DNA of 64,000 bases, taken from Amphiscolops sp. MND2022 (taxonomy: Eukaryota). Of this stretch, positions 1-12,486 are shown one piece after another (within the stretch, counting starts at the first letter, position 1; the number at the start of each line of letters is the position of its first letter). A program made the translations under genes and the position numbers. Below the pieces are notes generated by a model that was not told where the DNA came from, ran no database searches, and worked only from the letters and a program-made list of their open reading frames with translations. The stretch lies in NCBI GenBank assembly GCA_964187785.1, contig OZ076410.1, positions 54,684,001 through 54,748,000 of the forward strand. The letters run 5' to 3'.

Positions 1-1607
1 AGTTCTCTCGGTTTGAAAAATTGTTGATTATTTCCAGCATTTTAACTTTTCAAATGTCTTTAAGTCTCAAAATGTTTTTTTTTTCAGTATACTTCCATAG
101 GGGATAAGTTCTGTCGGTTTGAAAAATTGTTGATTATGTCCAGCATTTTGGTTTTTTTTTAATTTTTCTTTAACTCTCAAAATGACTCACTTTATGAACT
201 TCCATAGGGGATAAGTTCTGTCGTTTCTAAAAATTGTTGAATATTTCAAGCATTTTAACTTTTCAATTGTCTTTAACTCTCAAAATGGCTAACTTTAGTG
301 TACTTCCATAGGGGATAAGTTCTGTCGGTTTGAAAAATTGTTGATTATTTCCAGCATTTTAACTTTTCAAATGTCTTTCTCAAAATGGCTTACTTCAGTA
401 TACTTCGATAGGTGATAAGTTCTGTCGGTTTGAAAAATTGTTGATTAGGTCCAGCATTTAAGTCTTTAACTCTCAGAATTGCTTACTTCAGTATACTTCC
501 ATAGGGGATAAGTTCTGCCGGGTTGGAAAATTGTTGATTATGTCAGGCATTTTAGGTTTTTATTTGTCTTTAACTCAAAATGGCTTACTTTAGTGTACTT
601 CCATAGGGGATAAGTTCTCTCGGTTTGAAAAATTGTTGATTATTTTCAGCATTTTAACTTTTCAAATGTCTTTAACTCTCAAAATGGCTTACTTCAGTAT
701 ACTTCCATAGGGGATAAGTTCTGTCGGTTTGAAAAATTGTTGATTAGGTCCAGCATTTTAGTTTTTTTTGTCTTTAACTCTCAAAATGGCTTACTTCAGT
801 ATACTTCCATAGGGGATAAGTTCTGTCGGTTTGAAAAATTGTTGATTATGTCCAGCATTTTGGTTTTTTTAAATTTTTCTTTAACTCTCAAAATGACTCA
901 CTTTAGTGAACTTCCATAGGGGATAAGTTCTCTCGGTTTGAAAAATTGTTGATTATTTCCAGCATTTTAACTTTTCAAATGTCTTTAAGTCTCAAAATGT
1001 TTTTTTTTTCAGTATACTTCCATAGGGGATAAGTTCTGTCGGTTTGAAAAATTGTTGATTATGTCCAGCATTTTGGTTTTTTTTAATTTTTCTTTAACTC
1101 TCAAAATGACTCACTTTAGTGAACTTCCATAGGGGATAAGTTCTCTCGGTTTGAAAAATTGTTGATTATTTCCAGCATTTTAACTTTTCAAATGTCTTTA
1201 AGTCTCAAAATGTTTTTTTTCAGTATACTTCCATAGGGGATAAGTTCTGTCGGTTTGAAAAATTGTTGATTATGTCCAGCATTTTGGTTTATTTGTCTTT
1301 AACTCTCAAAATGGCTTACTTTAGTGTACTTCTATATGGAATAAGTTCTGTCGGTTTGAAAAATTGTTGATTATTTCCTGCATTTTAGCTTTTGAAATGT
1401 CTTTAACTCTCAAAATGGCTTACTTCAGTATACTTCCATAGGGGATAAGTTCTGTCGGTTTGTAAAATTGTTGATTGTCAAGCATTTTAGGTTTTTATTT
1501 GTCTTTAACTCTCAAAATGGCTTACTTCAGTATACTTCCATAGGGGATAAGTTCTGTCGGTTTGAAAAATTGTTGATTATGTCCAGCATTTTAGTTTTTT
1601 AAATGTC
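1..1607. repeat. Tandem satellite, ~100-107 bp unit, ~16 copies, running off the left edge
   Basis: TTCCATAGGGGATAAGTTCTGTCGGTTTGAAAAATTGTTGATT recurs at ~93, 200, 304, 404, 497, 600, 703, 805, 912, 1018, 1125, 1229, 1330, 1434 and 1536. Confidence 0.95.
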
Positions 1608-3952
1608 TAACTCTCCAAAGGTATTCGTTTCGAGTAATTTTTTAAGGGACCTACTATGTTCGATTGAAAAAATATCGCTTATTTGCGGCATTTTGGTGAA
1701 TAGTTTGTCTTTGTCTTATAAAATGGTTTTGTTTAGTATTTTTCAGTTTTTATTGATTATTCTTTCGGTTCCTTGTGCAAATTTTGTCTTCCTCTAATTT
1801 GCTATTTGGTAATTTCACAACTCCCATGATGTAGACACAATGTACTGGGTAAGACGGGCCTAACCCAGCCTGCACAGTACGGGTGTCCACTGGGTTCTTA
1901 GTATTGGTTGATTTCTCTTGAAGCAGGTAGACCGTTACAGCTCTACTCTTCAAGAATCGGGTTGGTTAACCCTAGACTCCAGTAGACACTCAAAATCTCT
2001 TGCACAAGTACTGATTTGATTCGATTCCAATCTTCACTTTTCTTCCCTCTTCGATTTAAATATCTCTACACAGACTATATGGCGGTATCACATGTAAATT
2101 GTACAATTTTTCTACGTGGTATGGAATTACTGCAATATTGTTTTAATCAATTGTTCTTGAAATTTACTAGCTTGCTCCCTCATTTTTTTTATTTTTGCTG
2201 ACTTCTCTTTTGTCTTGGAAATATTTTATCTGGCTATCGATTTTTTGCTTCTGAAAGGGTATAAAAGCAGAAATATTCGTGTGCCCCGGAGGGGCCTATT
2301 TTCACAATCTTTGCCAAATTCATTGCTAAGTCTGTTTCGTTTGTCAGCACATCTCAAAATTTCCTTTCCACTGATCCAGAACTGGCCGAATATGACAAGA
2401 TCTCCAGAACTATATTTTTGAACCCTTCGTTCCAGGTCTTTTCTCGGCAACAAGTCTATCCTTTTCATTGCCTTCACATTTTTATACTCATTTCGAAAAC
2501 AATTGAGTTTGCTTCTTTTTCTTCTCGTGTAAATCGCGTATATTGAGTGAATCGTGTAAATCGGTAGTTCGTGTAACGGTACAATAAAATTTGAATATTC
2601 CGGTACGGTATATGTACCGACGTCAATTCACTGCCACTATGAGAGGTGTAAAACAGCAAAGCCATTACAATAGTCGGCTCAAACTTCAGAAATATGTTAA
2701 CGACCTAATTTTGAATGCTGGTAAGGACATGTTTTGGGTCAAGTTTGTTAGGCAAAGCTAATCCAAATATCGACTTGACTACTGTTTTTGAACGAGAAAC
2801 GATATAAAACTTTTGGCGAAACAATATTTGACAAAAAATTAACACTACCCAGTAAACACAGCCCGTAAAGGTAAATTTCGAGCTCAAATATTGCGAAAAC
2901 ACAATTAAACGTTCAAGAGTTTATTTCAAGATAGCTCTTTGAATATAGCAATCTGAAAAATGCAACTTTTTCAGCCGACTTTTGTTCGTGATTCCGAGTA
3001 CCCACTGAAAAATTCATGTAGATGGAGCGAACGAGTGTTAGTTATTCGTACGCTGAGTTCTTGATATGAAGCGAATGAGTGTTAATTATTCGTTAGCCGA
3101 GAGCTTTGCCTGCATTCAACTGCTGATGCGAAACTTCGTCTAATGGCGGTGTAAACTTGTAGAGTGAATAATTCTGCGCCATATAAATGATAAAGATATG
3201 CTTCTTTTATTGAACATGAAAGCCTAAAAGCCGAAAAAATACTCTGCCTCGAAGTGGCCTATTGTCTACACTGGAATTATATATATAAAACTCTCCGATG
3301 GAAGTCCAATAGAAGACACCCTTAGCCAAAGAGGTCAACTTTTAGTTTCGCAAGACGGTTTTCCCTAGTAGTGAACTTCAAAATTACAAAATTGTGCAAA
3401 ACACTTCAATCGAATTTTTTTTCGAAATGCATTCTCAGAAAAATTTCCAAGTAAGTCGTGCACTACCGCTAAATCCTGAGTTGGGCCGTTATGCTCACTA
3501 AACGGTTTCGTACCTGCTGAAAAGTTGCAGAGTTTTTTTTAAATATAGAAAAGTCACATAGTGCCGATAACAGGGGTTCATTCGGTCTTTCCTCCACCTT
3601 TGCATGCATAAACTTGTTTTGGTTAGTGAGGGACTCGAAACGAAGGACTACTGCTTCTTAGATTTTGTCAACAGGCCTGGAAATACTCGTAAGCCGCTAG
3701 GCCTAGTAGAAAGTACTTTCAGCGATTCTGGTATCTATTGGAAGGAACTAGGGGGGAAAAATTAGAAAAATTTCTAATGTGGCCTGAGAAGAAAGCTATT
3801 TCTACTTGAAGTTTTTTTGCTCCTCAGTGTGGTCATCGCTACACAAAGCGTAGGTTGACTTACAACGATCGAAACATTTTTGAATTTCATGCACCAGTAC
3901 ACGGTTTTCCACTAGTTTTTATTTGAAATTGTCTAACGCAACATCCATTTAG

Positions 3953-4307
3953 AATCCCAGGGTTGCCCTTGGCAATAGAGGGGACGTCATGAACGAAACT
4001 GGCATCAACAACTTCAACGTCCCGAGAAATAAAAGTTCGCCTTCTGTCATGGATGGCGTTTGTGATGAAACATTTGAAAGAAACACGTCAACTGGGGGCT
4101 TTGGGACTACAAATCCGTTGGCTGAGATGACTCTTCAAACAATGGTTGATCCTCCGAGTAGAGACGTTGATGCTGTTTTGACAGACCTACTTCTATGTGC
4201 TCCTGAGCAACCACCCGTTCCCCTGGCTGACGAAGTGTTCGGGAGAGTTAACACTTCAGCCGCTGATTTGAAGGAAACTTATCTTGGTCGCAAAGAAGAC
4301 GTTGAAG
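3953..4307 (+). CDS. Probable 5' coding exon of the SLC4 gene (disordered N-terminus)
   Basis: Open, GC-richer frame (NPRVALGNRGDVMNETG...KEDVE) after TTTAG. It ends GAAG|GT in phase 1, matching the phase-1 acceptor at 11225. No domain homology is recognised in this exon itself. Confidence 0.55.
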
Positions 4308-4318
4308 GTTACTTTTTT

Positions 4319-4996
4319 TAGTCGGCGCTTCATGAAGTGAAACGCGACTATTATAGTGACTCTTTTTTTTCTATCCACACGAACTGACCAAAATAGTTCT
4401 TAAAAGTTCTACAAAATATTATGGTGTCAAATAGCACCATTTGGCCTAGCGAACTGGACCAAAATGGTTTTACCTGTTTTTCCGCGTAACATATCATACC
4501 GGGCGAGACCATAGAGTCCCCCCTTTCAATTTTTTTCGGCACTGCGAGACATTTTTTTCGGATTTTTTTTCGAAATTTTTTTTCTCAAAGGGTCCCCCCT
4601 GCATTTTTTTTGATGTTTTGCGACAGAATGGATGTTGGAAAATCCCAAAGGGTTCCTCCTTTCAGTTTTTTTCGGCATTGTGAGATTTTCTCCCGAAAAT
4701 AAAAAAATTTTCTTTTCAATTTTTTTCATGTTTTGCGACAGAATGGATGTTGAAAAACCTCAAAGGGTCCCCCCTTTCAGTTTTTCGGCATTGTGAGACG
4801 TTAGCGCGCCAGGGGCTCGCGCTAGCGGGCCCCGGCGCGCCACTCGGTCAATTTTTTTAGTATGTAATTTTTTCAAAAAAAATTTCGAAAAATTTTCGAT
4901 TTTCGACTACTGTAAACGAATACTTGACACTTGGAAGTCTTTTTGCTATTTTTGAGCCTTGGATATGGCGCCGACTTGGGCCGGTCCCGGCTTGTT
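4319..4996 (+). mobile_element. Helentron/HINE-like non-autonomous element
   Basis: 5' TTTAGTCGGCGC; 3' GGCGCCGACTT (subterminal inverted repeat) followed by a short GCCGG-TC-CCGGC stem and CTTGTT; internal AAAGGGTCCCCC repeats. Near-identical to 5784-6367. Confidence 0.7.
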
Positions 4997-5783
4997 AAAA
5001 TCCAAGCGCTGTATTTTCAGCGATAGTTTTTCATAAGAAGTAAATTGATTTCAATGGTTATTTTGAAATAAATTCTACTAATGACAGCTTAAATGACACA
5101 TACAGTTTTGATGGCGTTGAAGCACATTGAGTTCCTCATTTTGATTCAAAAAAGACATTAGTAGAGCAATGTGATGTTTTGCACGATGATTTCGTATATT
5201 TTATAAATACCTGATTTTGTTGGAAAAGACTACTGTAAAACATGTCGAATGGTGTAAGAAGCCAACAGAGTATATCCGCTTCAAGTTCCAACTGTAAAGT
5301 TCCTCTAATCGGTGATAGCTCGATAACATCCAGATGTTCGGAACATTTAAGGTGGTTTCTGGAACAAACTTCTTCCGAAAAAAAACATTAACTCTTTCAC
5401 CGTACTTTATCTGAAGTGTGGTAAAAAATGAGCCCAATTCAGCCCAATTCTTCAACTGTATCTGGCGTAAACAAAAGTTTTGTTCAGACTACAAGTTTGA
5501 GGTAACCCGACGCAGATCATTCCTATTAATTATAACACAAAGGTGCCCAAAAGTTGAGTTCCTTTTTTTCAATAGCATGATCAACTATAAATGAGGAATA
5601 TGAATGTTATAAATGTTGATTGGCTGAGATCAGTTGAATGCAGGGATGGCTCAAAAATAACAATTGTTATTTAACAGGCAATTTAACAAACACGTGTTAT
5701 TTATTTTCACAAACACTTTTGTTATTTATTTTCAGTCGGCGCTTTTCTTAAGAAAAGGGTGCGACTATTACAGTCACTCGTTT

Positions 5784-6367
5784 TTAGTCGGCGCTTCATG
5801 AAGTGAAACGCGACTATTATAGTGACTCCTTTTTTTCTATCCACACGAACTGACCAAAATAGTTCTTAAAAGTTCTACAAAATATTATGGTGTCAAATTG
5901 CACTATTTGGCCTAGCGAACTGGACCAAAATGGTTTTACCTGTTTTTCCGCGTAACATACCATACCGGGCGAGACCAAAGAGTCCCCCCTTTCAATTTTT
6001 TTCGGCATTTTTTTCCTCAAAGGGTTCCTCCTTTCAGTTTTTTTCGGCATTGTGAGATTTTTTCCCGAAAATAAAAAATTTTTCTTCATTTTTTTCATGT
6101 TTTGCGACAGAATGAATGTTGAAAAACCTCAAAGGGTCCCCCCTTTCATTTTTTTCGGCATTATGAGACGTTAGCGCGCCAGGGGCTCGCGCTAGCGGGC
6201 CCCGGCGCGCCACTCGGTCCATTTTTTTAGTATGTAATTTTTTCAAAAAAAAATTTCGAAAAATTTTCGATTTTCGAGTACTGTAAAAAAATACCTGACA
6301 CTTGGAAGTCTTTTTGCTATTTTTGAGCCTTGGATATGGCGCCGACTTGGGCCGGTCCCGGCTTGTT
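5784..6367 (+). mobile_element. Helentron/HINE-like element nested in the hAT element
   Basis: Same termini and body as 4319-4996. A further 5' end lies at ~5734 and a further 3' end at ~6760-6790. Confidence 0.7.
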
Positions 6368-6844
6368 TTATTAAAGACAGACTCGAAGCGACGAACGTTA
6401 ACGTTCAACTAAAGGAAACTAAATACCAGGGAAACGCATGTAAATTATTCCAAAGGATCCCCCTTTGGTTTTTTACTTTTTAAACGTTACCTACAAGCCC
6501 GGACGGGACTAAAGGGTCCCCCTTTCGATTTTTTTTCGGAACTGTGCGACTTTTTTTCGAAAACTTTTCAATGTCCCCAAAGGGTCCCCGCTTTGAGTTT
6601 TTTGTTATTTTGCTACAGACTGCGTGTTTATAAATCAAAAAGGGTCCCCCCTTTTACATTTTTCGGCACTGTGCGACATTTTCCGAAAGAAAATTTTTTT
6701 TTCGAAAATTTCAAGTTTTTTTCCAAAAAAAATGTTTTGCGCTTTTTGAGCCTTAGATATAGCGCCGACTTGAGACATTCCCGTCTTGTATTCTTTAACT
6801 ACCGGTACTTTGGTTTCAGATTAAAATCATGTGTAAAACAAAAA

Positions 6845-7620
6845 GTGATATCTGGTATCATTACACAGAAATTCGTCTGAATGGGGTCACTAGAGCCAAA
6901 TGCTCAGCATGCAAGATTGATATGGTAGCAAATGCAGCAAGAATGAAAAAACACAGAAGATTGTATTAGTAAAGAAAACTAGCCTGTTCCTCGGAAAATG
7001 CTGAAACAATCAACTAACTCTTGTCTCCGCTGATACGCCGGCAACCATGAACGCAAAGTTAAAAAAGCAAATTGGTCGCCATTTTAGAGCATCGAACACA
7101 GCTTTTTGTCAACTGGAAAATAAATTCATTGAAATGATGAAACTCTCGAATCCAGCATCTATCATTCCCACTCGGAAAAGACTTGCCGAATATGTTACCA
7201 GGATTGCCAGGAGGTCAGAGTTGCACCCAGTGTTTTATGCTGCAAACTTGATTGATCATAGCTACAATGGCAACCGAATGGACTCCACCGAAATTTCCAA
7301 GAGTATGGAGTATTTGAGACAATGTGATGAAAGTATTCTGCCAGAAGTTGCAAAATTTCTTGCCAAAAGCCCTCCTTATATGGCGTATTTATTTGAAAAG
7401 CAGTACATGGAAGTTCAGCCCAGAGATTGGTGGTTGACGGAAAAAGCTAGGATTCCAAGAAAATTTGGTAAAATTGTTTACAACTCTTGTGGAAGCAGCG
7501 CCCTCAACCGCAAGCTTAGAACGGAGCTTTTCGACATTGGGAACCACATACGGAAAATTGCGGAGCCAATTGAGTGTTGAAAAGCCGGAAAACTGGCATT
7601 TTCATTCAAACAATTGAATA
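6845..7620 (+). pseudogene. hAT transposase remnant (BED finger + N-terminal part fused to C-terminal dimerisation domain; DDE core deleted)
   Basis: SDIWYHY...RAKCSAC...RMKKH (BED finger), HFRASNTAF..LENK..IPTRKRL, then YAANLID...WWL and, in a shifted frame, LERSFSTLG..YGKLRSQLSVEKAGKL. Confidence 0.85.
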
Positions 7621-7789
7621 AATAAGATTTGTATTCTATATAACAAAAAAAATACAAATTTCACTGAATAACATGTTTTTTCTATTTAGCAAACAGTTTG
7701 TTAGTTATTTTTGAATCTAACAAACATTTGACCAACCCTGGTTGAATGCTTTACTGAGACTATTCCAACAACCAATTTAGTTTGTAATT

Positions 7790-9690
7790 TTAAAGTGACC
7801 GCGGGCGTCGGGACCACAGTTCGGTAGGTTGATATTGTTTCATTTGCCCATAGTACAGAAATGGCGAGCCATTTGTATCATTTTGGTGTCAATACAATAT
7901 CAGCTGTAGAGCCTCCTTGCAGTGTCAGTAATGGTCCCAAAAAATTAGTTGCAAAATCATCTGCAAGTTGAGAATTTATAGGGGAAAGGTTGTCGTAACA
8001 CAAAATTATTGATAGTCAGGAATGGCCTACAAGACTCGTATTTTCAATTTTCAATATTCATCAGGTTCTGCTTGGTGTTTTCTGTTTCAAGATTTTCAAG
8101 GAAGTTAGGTTTGGTGTGTTATAGAAACGTTTTGGGTTCTTTTGTGAAGCAGTGATAAACATTTTGTGGAGAAACTTTCACGTGCTTGAATAGTTTTTCA
8201 ACGATGCTGTTCTATTCATTTTGGTTTTCCAGCTCTAACGCCATCGCAAGACAGTTCGCATCCTATCACCGACCCGAGGACACGATGTTCATCAACAGTT
8301 TTTCTGTTTTCTTTATCGAGTTCTGCTTGCCTAATGTTTTCGTTGTTTGCAAAATAATATAACACTTCGTCACAGTGTAGCTGAGTGCAGGGTCCTGTTC
8401 TTCCAGCTGTTCACGCACCGCGGTGTACCTTTTTTGAGTTATGACCAGGGTTTTGACATCCCTAATTTTTTCCGCTAATCGCTAAACCGCTAATTTGAAA
8501 ATCGCTATCTCGCTGAAAAGCTTTTTCTGCAAACTGTTAAATGTTTAGCGTCAGGTATGTTTCAAAATAACTTATTCGGTTTTTGGAAGAAAAAAGACTA
8601 GAATTTTTTGTACTGTGCGAGTTTTACAATGGTAAGAGTTGGAGTTTTTCCGAAATTCATTTTGAAACACCGTCTATACCTAGAAGAAATTTTGAATTTG
8701 GACGGTCTGTTAGTTACCGCTAATTTGAATCGCTAATGAAATCGCTGAAAAATTCCTGCACGGCCGCTAATTCGCTAAATCGCTGATTAGCGGTGTCAAA
8801 ACTCTGGTTATGACCGTACTTTTTTGAGTTCGATCAACGGTAAATTTGCATACCAAACATCGCCATAGCTAAACTATCTCCTTGTGTTATACTTTTTTGC
8901 GATTGTAGGCTTTTGCCGCCGACGAACATACCTAACGGAGTGCCCGTTCAAACTATTGAAACCGTTCTTTGCATCAATGAGCAGAATGCTTTGAATTCTG
9001 AGATCTTGAAGTGTTTCCTGAGACTGTGTATGGCGTGTTTCACTCTTCTGAGTGCGACAAAGGTGGTGATTTTTTACCCACTGGCGGTTAGTCGTTCTGT
9101 ACACATCGCAGAATACATCCACATTACATGTATCAGTACTTTTCCAACCCGAATTGTTCTCACCCCTGGGTTCTTGTCGAGCGGAATCCAACGAACTTTT
9201 TATGGCTCCAAAGCTTCGCTGTCCAGCTCTTCGGTGGTAATTCAGCCTGCAATCTTTGCGACCGTGTTGCAAAGCGCTGTCGAAGATAAATTGAAAGTAG
9301 AGATTTAACATCGCCATTCGTTTGCATCTGCGCCGAAGGGTCCAGATGTTTTCATACCGACTCAACGTTGGTCTCCCCATGAACTTTGTCGAAAATTACT
9401 GACTGGCAAGGCGGAATGTTGGCGGACTTTTTACCACACAGGTGTCATCAGAAGTTCTTGCCGTGGGATGTTTGTTTCAAAATCTCGAGAACAGCTTTGT
9501 CGTGAATTTTTTCAGCGAGCGATAAAACACCGCCTTGTTCTTAGTCATTGATATCTTTTCGGCGGACATGTGAATCCAAATCTCGGAAGATATCTTTCGT
9601 TTTGTTGGACTTCGTTCACTTTTTGTTTTCTACAACATGTTTGCTTCCCTGAACAGCTCTTCAATTTCGTCTTATGTTCATCTATTTTAA
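7790..9690 (-). pseudogene. CRE-clade non-LTR retrotransposon reverse transcriptase relic
   Basis: Minus-strand frameshifted motifs SGPFGADANEW, WIPLDKNPGVR, HAIHSLR, ILLIDAKNGFNSLN, QGDSLAMAM, HRVLGSVIG, SPQNVYHC. Confidence 0.82.
8446..8806. mobile_element. hAT-family MITE (361 bp) inserted in the CRE relic
   Basis: TIRs CAGGGTTTTGACA / TGTCAAAACTCTG, perfect 8-bp TSD GTTATGAC (8438-8445, 8807-8814), and multiple subterminal CCGCTAAT/TCGCTAA motifs. Confidence 0.93.
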
Positions 9691-11224
9691 TCTCGTTATG
9701 TTGCCTTTCAAACGATTATAATTTAGCGTAAATGAATAATCCCAACCTAAAAGTTTTCTAGCCAAGCTTCATGATTACGCGTGTTCGATCAAGTTTCATA
9801 TCAAGTTTCAATACAGCGTAATTTCAACCGTGACATTTCCCTGGGCCCCTAGAGCTCTAATTGCGGTGTCGAAGGCACTGCTTTACCATTTGGTGGTTTT
9901 AGCGAAAACCGGCCTGAAGGGACGTGAAGGGCCCCGGAGGTAGGAATGCCGAGTCATATAACCAGTTTTGCTGTGAAAATGAGAGAAAAATTATGACGAA
10001 TGAAATTGTTTTTGAAATTATCAAACCTGTCGCGAAATGATGCTTCAAAAAGTCAACCAGATGCGTCGATTCTGTTTTGAAAATGCGGTTCTGCAAAGGG
10101 AGGAAAAATACGCAAGAAATTACTACTCCATCTCGGACAATTTTACTCTTCGAAATTTTTCGTTTTCAATAGGCAGTACGTTTTTAAGGTCGTAAAGGGT
10201 CCTCTCTTCAGACTTGTCTGCACAGTGCAACGTTTCGAAAGAAATTCTAAAAATATTTTTGTCAATTATGTTTTGTGGCGTTTTCAGTGAGCGAAAAGCG
10301 TTATCTGTGCACGAAAGGCTTTTCGGTACTCAAATTTGTTAATTTATTTTGCTTTAAAAAGCTTTGAGCATATTTTAAAAGCTTTGCTCTTTTCGAGGCT
10401 CAAGTGGGGCGCCGACTTGAGCCATTCACGTCTTGTTTAAATTCATTGAATCAACTTGACGTTGCATAAATTTCAATGTTGAAACAATTTTTTTTAGAAT
10501 TCATTGAAAAAAGCATCCCTGAACCAGAGTTTTTACATCTATTTTTAATACTGATTTTTAATTCAACATCGCCAATATATCAGTTCATTGCTTTTAGCAG
10601 CAGAGTTGTTTTTGACCGTTTCCATTTTAAGAGGTAGATTTTTCAGGCAGTATCATCGAAAATTAGATCGAAGCTGTGTTTCACAGTCTCAGGCTTGATT
10701 TTTTGCCCCTGTGGTATTTTGTGTGCTGTAATCGTATTTTCGGTCATTATGTTCCACGTAATGTAGGTTAGTTTATATGCCTCACGTTGATTTAACCTGA
10801 AAGGAAGTGCTTATTATCAACGTCATTGACTATAGAAAACTTGATGGCGTGCTGTATTTTTGCACGATCTCTCATTTTGCGGCTAGTTTCACTTTCGATC
10901 GAGGAAAAACTATCCATGTGAGGCATATGATGAACACGACGGTTTAGTGTGGGATGCAGTTGCCTTGGAATATCTTTGATATTGTTTGCATAGAATGTTT
11001 AAATTTAGGATTGTATCAAAAATTAGTCAATTGTGGAAAAAAATATTCAAATTGTGTCTCTCGTTTTTTTTCGAAAGAACTTTTTTTATTTTAAAAAAAA
11101 ACGAGTTCTTCGTTTCTGAAGATAAATTTTGTGGAAACGGTTATGATTGGCTAAAAGTGCTGTAAACGTATCAAATCAAACGTTTTGCATCAGAGGATCG
11201 TGTTACATCTAACTCATAATTTAG

Positions 11225-11538
11225 GTCACAAAAGAAACGTACTCCATTCACGACAACCCCTGGAGTCAGCCGCCCGTTACAGACACAGGCACAGACTGAA
11301 ATCTGAGCAGTCTAGAAAAAAGTCTCACAAAAAATTTAAGAGCCCAAAAGACGAAACAGATGTACAGGGAGCCCCCAAATCCGCAAGAAAGACGGGAGTC
11401 TCTGATTATCCCCGGTCAATGAGTGATTCCGCCGATGAGTTCGTTTCGCGAACTACGTCTTTCAAGGAGGATAATTTCGACGACCTTGATGAACTAACGC
11501 CGCCGAAACTTAAGCCCATCTCAGAGGAAGATGTGCAT
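11225..11538 (+). CDS. SLC4 gene exon (His/Lys-rich then acidic N-terminal region)
   Basis: AG|...|GTTAGT. Encodes HKRNVLH...RYRHRHRLKS...DDLDELTPPKLKPISEEDVH; phase 1 in, phase 0 out. Confidence 0.65.
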
Positions 11539-11614
11539 GTTAGTTGTTTGAAAGTTTTAATGTTTAATGCTGCTCTTAGATTTCATATTTTTGGTCATTG
11601 AACTTTCTGTTTAG

Positions 11615-11712
11615 TTTACACTTGGCTCAGACATAGATGACCGAAGGGATGGAGCTAAAACATCCATAGGAGCAGTTCCTTCGTCACCCACCGAGCACAG
11701 AGCCAGGAAGAT
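11615..11712 (+). CDS. SLC4 gene exon
   Basis: TTAG|...|GTGAG after a 76-nt intron. Encodes FTLGSDIDD...EHRARK; phase 0 in, phase 2 out, matching the acceptor at 17399. Confidence 0.7.
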
Positions 11713-11796
11713 GTGAGATTTTTTAATTAATTATTAGTTTGAAAGATAGACAAGGCTTTTTAGATGTTTTAATAACATTGTAGATGCCTGTCATTA

Positions 11797-12486
11797 CAGG
11801 GGATCTCGGTTATAGTGAACCTCTGTTCACTATATCCGGATTGAATCTAGGAAAACTCGTCGAAAACAACTCGTCGAAAACAACTCGTCGAAAACAACTC
11901 GTCGAAAACAACTCGCCGAAAACAACTCGTCGAAAATACTAGGCGGAAAACTCGTCGAAAAGCAACTCGCCGGAAATTCTCCGGCGGAAAACTCGTCGCA
12001 AGAATAGAAAATAGACTCAGGCAAATATAGTGCTAGCTTTGTGATCATACCGTGTTATGGAGTTCTAAATTATAATGAAGTATTACACTGTAAACTATAA
12101 AAGTGAATCATTGCAAGCAATTATATAACTAAAAAGGGGCTATATTCTGCGTAAAATTTAAGATTTTACGCATCAATTAACGAAAATTAAATCATAATTA
12201 GAACTGAATCATCCCAGTGGGTATCCTGTAAGTATTCGACGAGTTTGCACTTAATTATCATTCGACGAGTTAATTTTCGACCAGTTTTCCGCCCTTTATT
12301 TTCGACGAGTTGTTTTCGACGAGTTGCATTCGACGAGTTGTTTTCGACGAGTTTTCCGCATACCATCCGGATTCACTATAAGCGGGCTAAGTTTCACACT
12401 AGTGAGCAAATATTCGGGACCGCGCTATGCGTTCACTATAAGCAGGATCCTACTATAACCGAGTTCACTATAACCGGGATCCACTG
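11797..12486. mobile_element. Tc1/mariner(pogo)-type MITE with internal inverted 15-bp tandem arrays
   Basis: TIRs CAGGGGATCTCGGTTATAGTGAAC / CAGTGGATCCCGGTTATAGTGAAC (rc), with TA on the left flank. AAAACAACTCGTCGA repeats at ~11853-11960 are mirrored as TCGACGAGTTGTTTT at ~12236-12355. Confidence 0.8.

Larger units (their letters stand above)
5641..7740 (+). mobile_element. hAT DNA transposon, internally deleted, with nested HINE-like insertions
   Basis: TIRs CAGGGATGGCTCAAA / CAGGGTTGGTCAAA (rc) and a perfect 8-bp TSD GTTGAATG at 5633-5640 and 7741-7748. Confidence 0.92.

Noticed and set aside
1-1607. CRISPR-like array (also considered for 28245-28643 and 40799-40983)
   Set aside because: Whole units repeat with no unique spacers, no cas genes are present, and the context is eukaryotic.
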